From positions 98,332,001-98,396,000 of the forward strand of contig JAGIQG010000007.1 of assembly GCA_024679065.1 (NCBI GenBank): a stretch of 64,000 nucleotides of DNA. Direction: 5' to 3'. This document shows, piece by piece, positions 1 through 11,837 of the stretch. The translations under genes were made by a program, and so were the position numbers. The notes below the pieces were generated by a model. The model was not told the DNA's origin, searched no databases, and was given only the letters and a program-made list of their open reading frames with translations. Each line of letters starts with the position of its first letter. The stretch's first letter is position 1. Source of the stretch: Sphyrna mokarran (taxonomy: Eukaryota).

Positions 1-1239
1 TTTGTCAAAAGAGACTTTTTTCCCTTTGCTAAGACAGTATTTGATACTCACAAATGCAGTTAATTACTAACTGAACTACCTTCAAGGATTTGTGGATAAG
101 CATTCAAACCATTTGTTCTGATTAGCTTACCTTTAACATTTAAATTATTGCAGTCGTGGAACCACGTGGGGGAAGTTTAACTGTTTAGTAAAAACTAAAC
201 ATCAAACTAATAGATTGCACTTACAGCTGAAATATTTGTTCTTTTCCTCATAATGAGAGAAATGCAACCAGGACAATATATATGATTTCTTTGGTTCCTG
301 ATTAGCTTTTTTAAAAAATTTCTGGCAATTTTTAATATTCCTCAGGTAGAAAATCAGGTAGAAGTGAGGAAATACAAGTGGAATTCAATGCACCAAATCC
401 ATAATGTGCTATTTGTCATTTCTGCACATACAGGGATAATATTTTGTTGGTGACATGCTAAACAGCAGTAACAAAAACCATGCAAGTGCAGCCAAATGGC
501 AAGTTGAACTTAAATCAAGCCAAACATGGGGAAATTATGGGTCAAATGGCCCATGGTTGATGAGTGGAATTTTTTGTGAAATGAGAGTTACATCGAAGTG
601 TTAAATTTCACTCAAAACCTTTTAAAATTTAGAAATCTATCAATGAACCCATTTCATCAAACCATAAAATAGACAACTCTACTCAGCACACTGCCTGTAC
701 TCCACTAGGTGGCAAACTATTATGACAGATGCTTTAAGTAAACATCCAATTAACACAAATACACCTTGTATCAACCAGCCACCTAAAATACCAAAGTAAA
801 ATATTGCGAATGTTGGCAATATGATAAAACAGAACATACCAAAAGTACTCAATAGGCCTGGCAGATTCTCAGGAGAAAATTAATATTTCAGGTTGATGGT
901 CTTTGATCAGAATTTCAGAAATCCATCACAGATGTAGGAATGGTAATATGCATTCAAATTAGGAAAACATGATAGTGATCCAATAATCTTGCTGCTCGTG
1001 TCCTTCCCAGCAGTGGTAGAGTGGGAACCTGGTGAGGGCCATTTCACTGAGGTGGACATTAATTTGGAGGGCAGGTGGGTTCAGTGGTACCATAGGCCGC
1101 AGAGAAGTCCAGAAATAGAAAGATAACATCCATATAACTTTGGGGTCAGTTCACTGCTATGATAGGGACATTAATCAGTGATTCACAATTGAGTTGCAGG
1201 AAATGCAAGCACAAGTTTGGAAGCAACACTTAAGAACAT

Positions 1240-1555
1240 GAGCAGCATGGCAAAGTAATTAGCACTGCTGCCTCAGAGCACCAGGAACCTAGTTTTAATT
1301 GTGGCTTAGGTCACTGTCTGTATGGAGTTTGTACGTTCTTCTCGTGTCTACGTGGGTTTCCTCCAGGTGCTCCAGTTCACCTCATAGTCCAAAGATGTGC
1401 GGGTTAGGTGGACTGGCCATGGTAAGTTGCCCTTAGTGTCAGGGTAATTAGCAGGATAAATACGCGGGGTTATGAGGATAAGGCCTGGGTGAGATTGTTG
1501 TCAGTGCAAGCTCAATAGGTCAAATGGCCTCCTTCTGAACTGGAGGGATTCTATG
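1240..1555 (+). mobile_element. HE1-like tRNA-derived V-SINE
   Basis: tRNA-like head, V-domain gtctgtatggagtttgtacgttcttctcgtgtctacgtgggtttcctccaggtgctcc, and CR1-type tail aaatggcctccttctg. Confidence 0.9.
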
Positions 1556-2249
1556 ACTTTGGAAAGCAAGGCTGATGATGGGATAAAGGGTGAGTTTTTT
1601 TTAAAAAAAAAACTGGAGGAGATGATAAAGGTAATTTTGAAAGGATTGGGAACCTCCAAGGAGAGGGAATTCATTTTTGGTGCCAGCTAGCATCAAAAAA
1701 CAAGAGAGAAGTTAAGTAAAGTAATCAGTAGTTTAATGAGAATGAGGTTAAGGGAACAAAGTGGCCTCAGACAGAACGAATAGCAATAGGAGAGTAACTA
1801 GGACATGACAGCACGGTAAGTTTAGGAGGCGATGTGCCTTCGTGGCAAACCAGGCACATGGAAATAGCACAATGCTATAGAGTTTGTTTCCCTCCAGTAC
1901 ATCAAATTAAATTTTAATAGATATTTGCTTAGAATTATGTTGAACAGACAAACATTAATCACTCAACCTGTTTGTTTCAAAATGCAGAGCTGTTATGCTA
2001 ACAATGAGGAATGTCAATAGATAATGGGACAAGAACCTGGCGATGAGCAGCAGATTGCAGATGAGATCATCTTTAAATAGAAAGAGCAAAAGACTACAAA
2101 CAGTGGACTCAACCAGCTATTTTCTGGAAAGTATAACTTCACAAATTTTTTTAAGTTTTTATAGCGTTTTGAAAGCTTAAGTTCTTACTTTCATATTTAA
2201 ATGGTACAAGTCTTTCACCACAGGGCAACTTGTCTAAATGTGAATGTCC

Positions 2250-3370
2250 CTCATCACTAATATTTGGCCAGTTATCCACATTACTTTTGAAATATCCTAC
2301 TGACTAAATGTGCAAAAACAAAATTCCCAACACAAAGGTAGAAAAAGCAAAAATCACTATGTAAATCTAAAGATAACCATTCAACATTCACAGCAGGGAA
2401 CTGTGAAGTGATACATTTGAGTGGGAAGAAAGAGGAAAAGCAATATAAAAATAAAGGGTACAATGGGCTGAATAAGCGCCAGCTGTTGCATAAACAACTC
2501 AATTCAAATTTAAAGAGTACTGGAAATGAGACACCAGGGGAGAAATTAGCACAAATCATTGCCAGTGGTCAAGCAGGGTGGAGAAAATAGTTCAAAAGGT
2601 TAATGGGATCCTGGGCTGTATAAGCAAAGGCATAGAACATCAATAGGAATTAAGTTATGACGAACTTTCTAAACTACTAGTTCCACCCCAAAGAGAATGT
2701 CCAACTCGAAGGACGTAAGGCTTCAGTGAGGGTGCAGAAAAGATTTATGAGAAAGGTTCTGAGGGTGAGGCACTTCAGCTACATAGACAAATTGGAGAGT
2801 TGAAGTTGCATTCCTTAGTGAAGTGCAGATTGAGAGCTTTGCCAAAAGTATTCAATACCATGAGGGATCTCACCAGAGTAGATGGGGAGAAATTGTTCAA
2901 ACAGATGGAAGGGTCAATAACCCAATTTAAGGTGAATGGTCCTTTTGCCTATTATGACACAAGGAAATGGTTAAGATCCAGACTGCAGCAAGTGTAAATG
3001 TCAGCATTGGACTGAGGTGGGCACAGTAAGTATCACAACACCAGACTAAAGTTCAACAGGTTTAGTTGATATCACAAACTTTTGGAGCACTGCTCTGAAT
3101 AGACTCACTTGATGAAGCAGCCGTGCTCTGAAAGCCCATAAAACCAAATAAACCTGTTGGACTTTGAACTGGTGTTGAGACTTCTTACTAGACTGCAGGA
3201 AGAGAGGGAGTGTGGTGGAGATAGATTCAACCTTGGCTTTCAAAAGGAATTGGTTATGTACCTGAACAGAAAAAAATTTGTATGACTAAGAGGAAATACC
3301 AGGAGAATGGAATTAACAGAGTTGATCTTACAGAGAACCAACATGGACACAACTGCCTGAAAGACTTCCT
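2250..3370 (+). mobile_element. Old CR1 fragment interrupted by a Penelope derivative
   Basis: CEVIHLSGK..., agggtgcagaaaagatttatgaga and gattcaaccttggctttcaaaaggaattgg motifs. Confidence 0.7.
2997..3190. mobile_element. Short fold-back Penelope pLTR derivative
   Basis: cacaacaccagactaaagttcaacaggttta ... aaataaacctgttggactttgaactggtgttgagacttcttact form imperfect inverted arms. Confidence 0.75.
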
Positions 3371-3750
3371 TCTGTGATTTCACCATTATATGGTTCTCAG
3401 GCACAATTCTATCATAAATGTTTATTAGCAATGTCTTGGCAATCTTAATTTAGACAGATTGATCTTCAAATTTCTTCACCCGGCACAAGTAAAATTGTTA
3501 TGCCATAATTTTCAGAGAAGTTTGTAGGTCAACCTACAGCTCTGACTGTGCACTAAAATTAACAATGCTCAAAACAATAGTGGAATCTTCAATCACAGGA
3601 GACGCCAGGAGCCTGCGTTTGTCGAGGACACTGGATTGGGTTGAATCGCCACGTACTGAGTGATAGCAATATGTACATGGTTCATAAGAACATGACTTTT
3701 AAAGCTGCAAAGGCCAAGGCCTGCATTGCAGTTTTGATCTGAATACGTAC

Positions 3751-3844
3751 GAACTGTTTCTTCTTGTCCGTTGAAAGTCGAGTCATCTCTTCTTTATCTG
3801 CTTTCAGCTCTTCCTCGTTATACTGAAAATCCCGAACAATAAAC
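3751..3844 (-). CDS. ATP6V1C1: ATP6V1C1 exon 10 (last exon found; gene presumably continues beyond the window start)
   Basis: 94 nt encoding [31 protein letters not shown]; ttcag acceptor and gtacgt donor. The expected next exon (GPLVRWLKVNF...) was not found in 1-3750. Confidence 0.96.
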
Positions 3845-3924
3845 CTGAAGTAAAGGGAGGAAAGCTAAGTGTATCCATTTCTGAAATGCAGAGCTCTCAC
3901 AGAAATCATAAAATAAGTTCTTAC

Positions 3925-4017
3925 TTGTTCTCTCTGGCTTTTAGTCGGAAATCGTCAACTGCCTTCCTGAACAATGTTACAGTGTACAAGCCACTATCCA
4001 TGTCGTCACATATCAAC
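3925..4017 (-). CDS. ATP6V1C1: ATP6V1C1 exon 9
   Basis: 93 nt encoding LICDDMDSGLYTVTLFRKAVDDFRLKAREN(K); pyrimidine tract plus aag acceptor and gtaaga donor; followed by an 80-nt intron. Confidence 0.96.
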
Positions 4018-4694
4018 CTTTTAGGAGAGGGAAGAAAAGGTTCCTTTATAAAAATGGTTTATACCTAAAAATGCTACATCGTGCTTAGATTCCTATGGCA
4101 ATTAAAAGTACAAGGAAATTGTTATCCTGTTCTCAACTGAACCCACTCTGGCTCTGCTTGGAGATACAGTACCTTACAGAATCCCTAACAACGCAGGAGG
4201 CCGTCCAGCAGATTGAGTCTGCATCGACCACAATTTCACCCAGGCCCTATTTCCATAGCCTTATTTATTTACCCTACTAATCCCCTGAAACTAAGGTACA
4301 ATTTAGCATGGCCATCAGCCTGATTCACACATAGAACGTAGAACAATACAGCACAAACAGGCCCTTCGGCCCACGAGTTGCGCCGATCATATCTACCAAT
4401 CCACAGACCTATCTATAACCCCCTATCCTATTCTTTTCCATATACTCATCCAGAAGTCTCTTAAAAGACCCCAGTGAGTTTGCCTCAACAACCTCCGACG
4501 GCAGTCAGTTCCATTCACTCACCACCCTCAGTGAAAAACCTACCCCTGACATCCCCTCGATGTTGCACCGACCAGTGGAACCAATCTAATGACCCTCTAA
4601 CCTAAACTATTCCAATGTTATCCATATTCCTATCCACTGATCATTTGAACACCCTTAAGGTTGGCGAGTCTACAACTGCTGCAGCAAGTTATAC

Positions 4695-5560
4695 ATATAA
4701 TGTATATGACTTTTTGGAGACTGTTCCATTACATAATGTTACAGTTAAGAGGATTGTAGAGGAGTTACTTAAATAGATACAGACTGTCAACAGAAATCCA
4801 CTCAGATCAGGGATCCATTTTTATGTCAGTTATTCAGGGAAGTTTTGGGTAGCTTGGAGGTAAAGCATTTTAAAGCAACTGCATATCAACTAGAATTGCA
4901 GCGAGTGTTAGAATGGTGGCATCTTACTTTAAAAACCAAAAGAGGGTCAAGAGTTAGGATTATCCAGAGGATTGGGATAAAGTAATTCCATTTATACTTC
5001 TTGCAATGTGGGATACACCTAATGAGTTAACTAAGTTCAGTTCCTTTGAATTGATTTGTCAAGAGGATGAGTTAAGTTGTCCAAGGAGAAATTGGTCAGT
5101 GTTCCGAGACTACTTCGCACTACGGCCGGAATTTTTCTGGCATGCCAGCTCCAATTCCGGGGGCGAGCTTGGCTCGGAGAACAGCATTCTCTGTTGGCCT
5201 CGGGGGGGTTGGTGCGAAACTTGGGAAGATGTGCCGGTAAAATTGTTCCCAATGTGTCAAAGTTTAGGGAGAAATTAACTAGGGCTGATGAATTGGCTAC
5301 ACAGCATTTGAGAGTGGAGTAGCGTGTGATGAAAAAATAAACAGATAAGAGATCAAAAATTTGAAGTTTTTCTTAGTGGGGAGAAAGTATTAATATTAGT
5401 GGTAGGTGAACTATTAAAAGCAAGGTTTAGCAGGCCCAAGGAAAGAAAATTGAGTGAAGTAAATTCTTTGATAAGAATGCCAGATTGAAGGAAAACTCAG
5501 TTTATCATGTAGAAATGCTAAAACTATATTTTGATTGGGAAGGAAAGTAGAAATGGATGT
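4695..5560 (+). mobile_element. Degenerate Gypsy/Ty3 LTR-retrotransposon integrase fragment
   Basis: Piecewise translation gives ETVPLHNVTVKRIVEELL, EIHSDQGSIFMS, KHFKATAYQLELQRVLEWWHLTLK, DWDKVIPFILLAMWDTPNELTKFSSFELI and GEKVLIL..GELLKARFSRP..YHVEMLKLY: the rve core plus C-terminal GPY/F region. Confidence 0.85.
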
Positions 5561-5704
5561 GACAGTTGTTAGTGTAGAGTGAAGAATCAAATCTTGATTC
5601 TGAATTTGACATTCCTCAAATTAGATTGGACAATGAGAACATAATCAGAAATTGGGATAATTTGTGGTCAAGAAGGCGTACGGTGTACTGGTCTTCATTA
5701 ATTG

Positions 5705-6274
5705 AGGAATAGAGTTCAGGAGTCAGGAGGTAATGATGCAGCTCTATAAGACTCTTGTCAGACCCCAGTTGGAGTATTGTGCGCAGTTCTGGTTGCCTCA
5801 TTATAGAAAGGATGTAGAGGCTATTGAGAGAGTTCAGAGGAGATTTACAAGGATGCTGCCTGGATTGGGAGGCAGGCCTTATGAAGTTAGATTGAGGGAG
5901 CTGGGACTCTTCTCACTGGAGAGATGTAGGTTGAGAGGCGACCTAATAGAGGTTTATAAAATGTTGAGAGAAATAGATAGGGTGGACTCTCAGAGACTAT
6001 TTCCCCAAGCTGAAATGGTCACTATGAGAGGACACAGACTTAAGGTGCAGGGAAGCAAATACAAAGGAGATGTCAGGGGTAGGTTTTTCACTCAGAGGGT
6101 GGTGAGTGAATGGAACCGACTGCCGTCAGATGTTGTTGAGGCAAACTCGCTGGGGTCTTTTAAGAGACTTCTGGATGAGTATATGGAAAAGAATAGGATA
6201 GGGGGTTATAGATAGGTCTGTGGATTGGTGGATGTGATCGGCGCAACTCGTGGGCCGAAGGGCCTTTTTGTGCT
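5705..6274 (+). mobile_element. CR1 LINE 3' end (young copy B)
   Basis: ORF 5733-6215 LYKTLVRPQLEYCAQFWLPHYRKD...LRGDLIEVYK...FFTQRVVSEWNRLP is the CR1 ORF2 C-terminus; followed by a 3' UTR with gggccgaagggcct. Confidence 0.95.
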
Positions 6275-6834
6275 TCCCTGCACCTTAAATCTGTGTCCTC
6301 ACGTAGTGACCATTTCGGCTCGGGGAAATAGTCTGAGAGTCCACCCTATCTATCCCTCTCAACATTTTATAAACCTTTATCAGGTCGCCTCTCAACCTAC
6401 ATCTCTCCAGTAGAAGAGTCCTAGCTCCCTCAACCTATCTTAGTAAGGCCTGCCTCCCAATCCAGGCAGCATCCTTGTAAATCTCCTCTGAACTCTCTCA
6501 ACAGCCTCGACATCCTTCCTGTAATGAGGCGACCAGAACTGCGCACAATACTCCAACTGGGGTCTGACAAGAGTCTTATAGAGCTGCATCATTACCTCCT
6601 GACATCTTGGGAGAAGGAGAGGAAACCCACACAGACACAGGAAGAATGTGCAACTCTATGGTCAGTGACCCAAGCAGGTCCCGGGTGATGTGAGGTGGCA
6701 GTCTCAGCCACTGTGCCACGTGCCGCCTCTTGTTCACTTGCAAATATTATAGCTGGGAATGACTCATTGCTATAAAAGTTGCCAAAGTCTTTTCTTATTT
6801 TGCTAAGATTGAATTTGTTCTTTGTTCATAAACT

Positions 6835-8280
6835 ACTATAGTACAGAAGGAACCATCAGATTTGTGCCAGCTCTTCCGAAAAGAAATCCAGTTTGTCCCA
6901 CTCATCCACTCTTTCCCTTTATCCCTGTAATTTTTTTTCCCTCAAGTATTCCTCCAATTCCCTTTGGAAAGTTAATATAGAATCTGTTTCTACTATCCTA
7001 ACACAGTGTACTGAAAATCCTAAATACTCACTGCATAAAAATTAATTTTCTTTGTATTACCTCCAGCTCTTCAGCTGATAACCACAGTATCCAAATTTGA
7101 GGTTAGCAACACTCCAGCGACTGAAAACAATTTCTTCTTATTCATTTTATCTAAATCCTTTATGATCTGAAGCTTTTCTATCAAATTGCCTCTTGACTGA
7201 CCCTACTCCAAGAACAGCAGACCTGGCTTCTTCCGTCTAATCAAGTAACCATAATTCCTCATCTCTCAAACATTGTAATTCTTTTCTGCATCCTCTCCTT
7301 CAAAGCATATGATGTCCAGAATTGGACACAATATTCCAGCTAGGACTAAATAAGTATTCATAATGGGTTCAGTATAACTTGCTGTCTCTTGTACTCTATG
7401 TTTCTATTTAGAAATGATGTGGAGATGCCAGCATTGGACTCGATTAAGCACAGTAAGAAGTCTCACAACACCAGATTAAAGTTCAACAAGTTTATTTCAC
7501 CGCACTAGCTTTTGGAGTTTCATGCTTCTTCATCCAGTGAGTGGGGATTTGTATTCACAAATAGGGCACATACAGACACAAACTCAATTTAGAAGATAAT
7601 GGTTGGAATGCAAGTCTTTACAGATAAAGAAGTCTTAAAAGGTATAGACAATGTGAGTGGAGAGAGGGTTAAGCACAGGTTAAAGAGATGTGTATTGTCT
7701 CCAGCCAGGGCAGTTAATGAGATTTTGCAAGCCCAGGCAAATCGTGGGGGTTACAAATAGTGTGACATGAACCCAAGATCCTGGTTGAGGCTGTCCTCAT
7801 GTGTGCGGAACCTGGCTATCAGTCTCTGCTCAGCAACTCTGCGTTGTCATGCGTCATGAAGGCCACCTTGGAGAACACTTAGCCAAAGATCGGAGGCTGA
7901 GTGTGCGTGACTACTAATGTGTTCCCCAACTGGAAGGGAACACTCCTGCCTGGTAATTGTCAAGCAGTGTTCATTCAGCCATTGATACACTGCAGGAAAG
8001 GTTATCCCGAGGCATGGTACATTGGGGAAATCATATAGACGTTATGACAGCTAGTGCTGTCAAATAAACCTGTTGGACTTTAACCTGGTGTTGAGAGACT
8101 TCTTACTCTTTTCAGAAAGCCAAGGATCTCATATACTTTATTAATTGTTTTGTTAACCTGCCATCTATATATGGTGTGCATAAACCACCTCCTCTCTGTT
8201 CCTGAATTCACTTTTACACTGTACTATTTAATTTGTTATTGCCTCTCCTCATTTTTCCCACCAAATGCATCACCTCAAAA
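6835..8280 (-). mobile_element. Old CR1 fragment interrupted by the Penelope element at 7416-8108
   Basis: tccagaattggacacaatattccag (LEYCVQFW) and ccaaatgcatcacctc motifs. Confidence 0.7.
7416..8108 (-). mobile_element. Penelope-like element with internal inversion, inserted in a CR1 fragment
   Basis: 7416-7985 is the reverse complement of the same GIY-YIG and tail as 53480-54020. 7986-8108 flips to plus (caggaaaggttatcccgaggcatggtacattgggga ... aaataaacctgttggactttaacctggtgttg). Confidence 0.88.
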
Positions 8281-9219
8281 TATATACCACAGATGAGCAG
8301 CGTGTCATTTTTAAAAAAGTGGAAAGCAATACAAGGATGACACAGCTAACTCCTGTCCCAATTCATCAAGATACTGTACACCATCCAACACTCCCACCCT
8401 GTAAGTCTCTGCCAAATTGAATAGACCAGCCAAGTTTTAAATGTCGCTCTGAGGAACTGTAAGCATATAAACTAACCAAAACAATTTGCAAACGGTGACC
8501 AAAAAAATCTGATATCACAAAAAGCAGCCCTTTCCGAAGTGGTATTTCTCCTCCTCCAATCCTTCTAGTTCCAAGTGGTTCATTTTTTTCCCCACTGAAG
8601 CTGGCATGCTTTCTCTCACCTTGGGTGAACTTAGCGATCTTCTCCTCCCCAAAACACTGTTCTGCGGTAAAGAACTGCTCCGAGGTTCTTCCCCTCTCTA
8701 ACTTTCAGTTCCTCTTCCCTGGACTAACATCTATTCCTTCCCTTCTCCCACTTCAGGGCCACTTGAAGGGGTGCTATTGCTAATTGAAATGATTCCACTT
8801 TGTGCATGTCGTGGATGAGAACTCCAGCCTACAATATGTATTGGCTAGGATCCTTCCCCTTAACAGGAGTCTCAAAGAGGCAACACTGAATGGAGTTCAG
8901 TCAATTAGTGCTAATATTGTCAATAAACGCTGACCAGAATAGTATACAGAACTAAGATAGTTAATGTAGTGACCTGCCATGGAAGATCATGCCTATCTAT
9001 TAAAATAGCACACTATTCAACTGCTAAATACAAGTATACCAAGAATCTCTATTATCCTAAACCAAAAGTGATAAAAGCAAGTTCATATTTAAGTTTTAGA
9101 CTCAAAAACTGCATTGCTTCCAAATTGTTTAAGTTGCTCGACACCAAAACCAGAGGTTAGAATGGCATTACTTATACTGGATAGAAAGATCACAGAAATA
9201 CATCAAAAATTTCCCTTAC

Positions 9220-9288
9220 TTGCTTGACCGAGGGACCACCATCTCTGCCAACGTTTCATAAGTCTTTTCCCATTCAAGATAATTAGTT
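9220..9288 (-). CDS. ATP6V1C1: ATP6V1C1 exon 8
   Basis: 69 nt encoding TNYLEWEKTYETLAEMVVPRSS(K); cctcag acceptor and gtaagg donor. Confidence 0.97.
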
Positions 9289-9811
9289 CTGAGGAAGGAA
9301 ACAGTGGTGAATAATTATACAATGGTTAGGGAACCAGGATGATATTGTCAGGTTCAATTGATCATTTAATTGGATTCAATTTTAGTTAAATGTAATTATA
9401 TATGTTACCAACTTACTCATTGTGAATTCTGAGAAGTCCTCGGCAATCTACCCCTTTACAGCTCAATCAATTACTACTTGCTGAGACAACTTGCTAATTG
9501 AGATATTTTAAAGTACTCAATTCATTGAAAAATAAAATCAACTCCTCTTCACAACTACTTAAATTTGTAATCAAATGGCTGTTTCTATTTTCTAAATTAT
9601 ACTAAAATACAAAAGCATCTTACACATCAGGCCATCCTGTACCAATTCAAAACTGCTGGACACCAAGACAAGATGGACTAATGAGGAGAAAAACATCAAA
9701 AACAACTATATGAATAAAGCACAAGTCTCCATTTTTCTGTTGATGCATTCAAGAACCACTGAAAGAATACTTTCCTAACCATGTTCTAGATATCATGAAA
9801 GCTCATACCCA

Positions 9812-10100
9812 TGGGACAGTGGCAATGTTGCTGCACTAGCAGAAGCCCATGTGCTGGGAGACATGGGTTCAAATCCCACCATGTCAGCTGTGGCATTTCA
9901 AATTCAGTGAATAAAACTGAAATTAAAAGCTGATCTCTGCTTAAAAACCCATCTGTTCATTAATGTCCTTTAGGGAAAGAAATCTTAGCTCATCCAACCT
10001 ACATATGACTCCATGCATAGCCAATACCCGACAAGTCACTCAGTTCAAAACCAATTAGAAATGGGCAATACCCACATTATTCATGAAAGAATAAAATAAA
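9812..10100 (+). mobile_element. tRNA-derived SINE with LINE-type tail
   Basis: B-box gggttcaaatccc, body aaaaacccatctgttcattaatgtcctttagggaa and tail aatgggcaata...gaataaaa. Confidence 0.7.
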
Positions 10101-11002
10101 GAAATCTAATGCAATTTTATTCCATTGTACTTGAAACAGCAAATTAACCCAGATTTTTTTTATCCCAAGTAGCGCTTGCTATTATTGTGGATGGTATGCA
10201 GAAGACAGCACATATGCAAGTTAAACACAAATTCAGAAGATGCTGTCCAGGTTATCCTGCAGGCTACACTCTAACAGCACCTTACTGACAAGGCTTGGCA
10301 CTGAAATCCAAGTTTGGGTATGAAATTGTTGTATTTTTCCATTACTCACCCACTAAACACCAAAAAAAGTAGGGTTGGGGCGGTCAGCTGCAAGCACATT
10401 TTTAACATTTGAATCTACTGCCACCACCTTTTTAAAAAATACATTTCAGATACCATTTATCGATCATCATTTCCACTTGATCTTTTTGCCAATTCTCCCT
10501 CAGATGACCAATCCATCTACCAATGAAAAAGCATTTTCCCCTCTGCCCTGCCAAAATCCCTAACTTTCAAGCACCTTGAATAAAAATTCCCTTAATCCAC
10601 TTTGTTCCATGAAGAACAATGGCATTGCCTCAGATTTCTTGAGGTAACTTAAACTCCCTCATCTTGATACCAATAAATCTGCTCTGTACCCACTCCAAGA
10701 ACTTTACGCTGAGAGAGCAAAATTAAATTTATTACTAACAGCCTTTTTGACTATTTCATGATCCTTAAAGGTGGCAGCATGTGAGCCTTAGCCCTTGTTC
10801 TCATAACGCCTCTGAAAATATCACCATTTAGTTTCTCATGTTTCCTTGCAAAACGTATCACCCCAAATTCCATTTGGTAAAAGAGCTTTCAGCAATGATC
10901 AAAATGCTGTCCCTTCACCATATTAATCAACCTTGTTGAACCAACACCCAAGTTAAAATTCTCTCTCAATATTACAAAACAAAAATTTTTTAAAATTCTT
11001 AC

Positions 11003-11101
11003 TTCGGCACAACTACCAACAAAGTAGTAAGATATTCAGAGTCCATAACGAAGTCCTCCTTCTTCACAATATCAGCTAGACTTCGCGTCATCAAACTTCC
11101 C
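11003..11101 (-). CDS. ATP6V1C1: ATP6V1C1 exon 7
   Basis: 99 nt encoding [32 protein letters not shown](K); tgtag acceptor and gtaaga donor. Confidence 0.97.
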
Positions 11102-11305
11102 CTACAAATAGCCACAAAGATTAATCAGCACAAGACAGTTCTCCTGGGGGAAGATAATAGATTAATACTAAACAATGTTTGAGACAAAAGAATGAAGAAT
11201 TTGTTCTTAGAATGTCAAAGATTAAATTACATTAACCTAAATGGGTAAAAAAATTAAATGCGAGTAAACCCTAATTAAATAGTGGAAGATTGAAGCCATT
11301 GTTTC

Positions 11306-11342
11306 CTGTCTCCATTCCAAACAGAGTTTGGAATGGAGACAG
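11306..11342. repeat. Perfect 17-bp inverted repeat with 3-nt loop
   Basis: ctgtctccattccaaac-aga-gtttggaatggagacag. Confidence 0.95.
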
Positions 11343-11592
11343 ACTCAATTCTTCTACCTGGCAGCCATCAGGATAAGGCAATCCACTCACAATCTTGATG
11401 TCACATTTAATCCAGCAAAGAGTTTCTGATCTCATTTGTGCCATTGCTAAGGTCGCCCATTTCTACCTCAACATTTCCAGACTTTACTCCTGCCCGTCGA
11501 TTCATTCCTGTATAACCTGCAGATTGAACTGTTCCAACAGACACCTGAGGGAATAAAAAAACTACTACCTGTGTCTTAATTTGCACCAAGTC

Positions 11593-11837
11593 CCATTTAG
11601 TTTCTCATATTTCCTTGCAAAACGCATCATTCCCAAATGTCATTTAGTTTTTCTCAGGACTTTCAGCTATTATCAAAATGCTACCTCCTGCACCCCACCC
11701 CCACAATAACTCCCATATTAACCAGCTACATTGAACCAACATGTTAAAATTCTCACTTTCATGAAGAAACATTTTGAAATATTCTTACTTTGGTAAAGCT
11801 ACCAACAAAGTAGTACGTTCAGAGTCTTCGACAAAGG
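11593..11837 (-). pseudogene. Degenerate duplicate of the 3' half of ATP6V1C1 exon 7 plus ~190 nt of following intron
   Basis: Direct repeat of about 10824-11050; reads FVEDSERTTLLVALP(K)|gtaaga versus [16 protein letters not shown](K)|gtaaga. Confidence 0.88.

Larger units (their letters stand above)
4333..6603 (-). mobile_element. CR1 LINE 3' end (copy A), split into 4333-4558 and 6275-6603 by an insertion
   Basis: Both pieces are reverse complements of consecutive parts of copy B, and are flanked by the two halves of a V-SINE (acat on both sides). Confidence 0.85.
4175..6727 (-). mobile_element. HE1-like V-SINE split into 4175-4332 (3' part) and 6602-6727 (5' part)
   Basis: The CR1-type tail and body lie on the left; the V-domain remnant and tRNA head (ccactgtgccacgtgccgcc) lie on the right. 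Confidence 0.75.

Noticed and set aside
1-3550. ATP6V1C1 exon 11 (GPLVRWLKVNFSEAF...)
   Set aside because: No matching codons found by eye on the minus strand; presumed to lie outside the window.
5733-6215. 160-aa ORF as a host gene
   Set aside because: It is the CR1 ORF2 C-terminus from a 5'-truncated copy.
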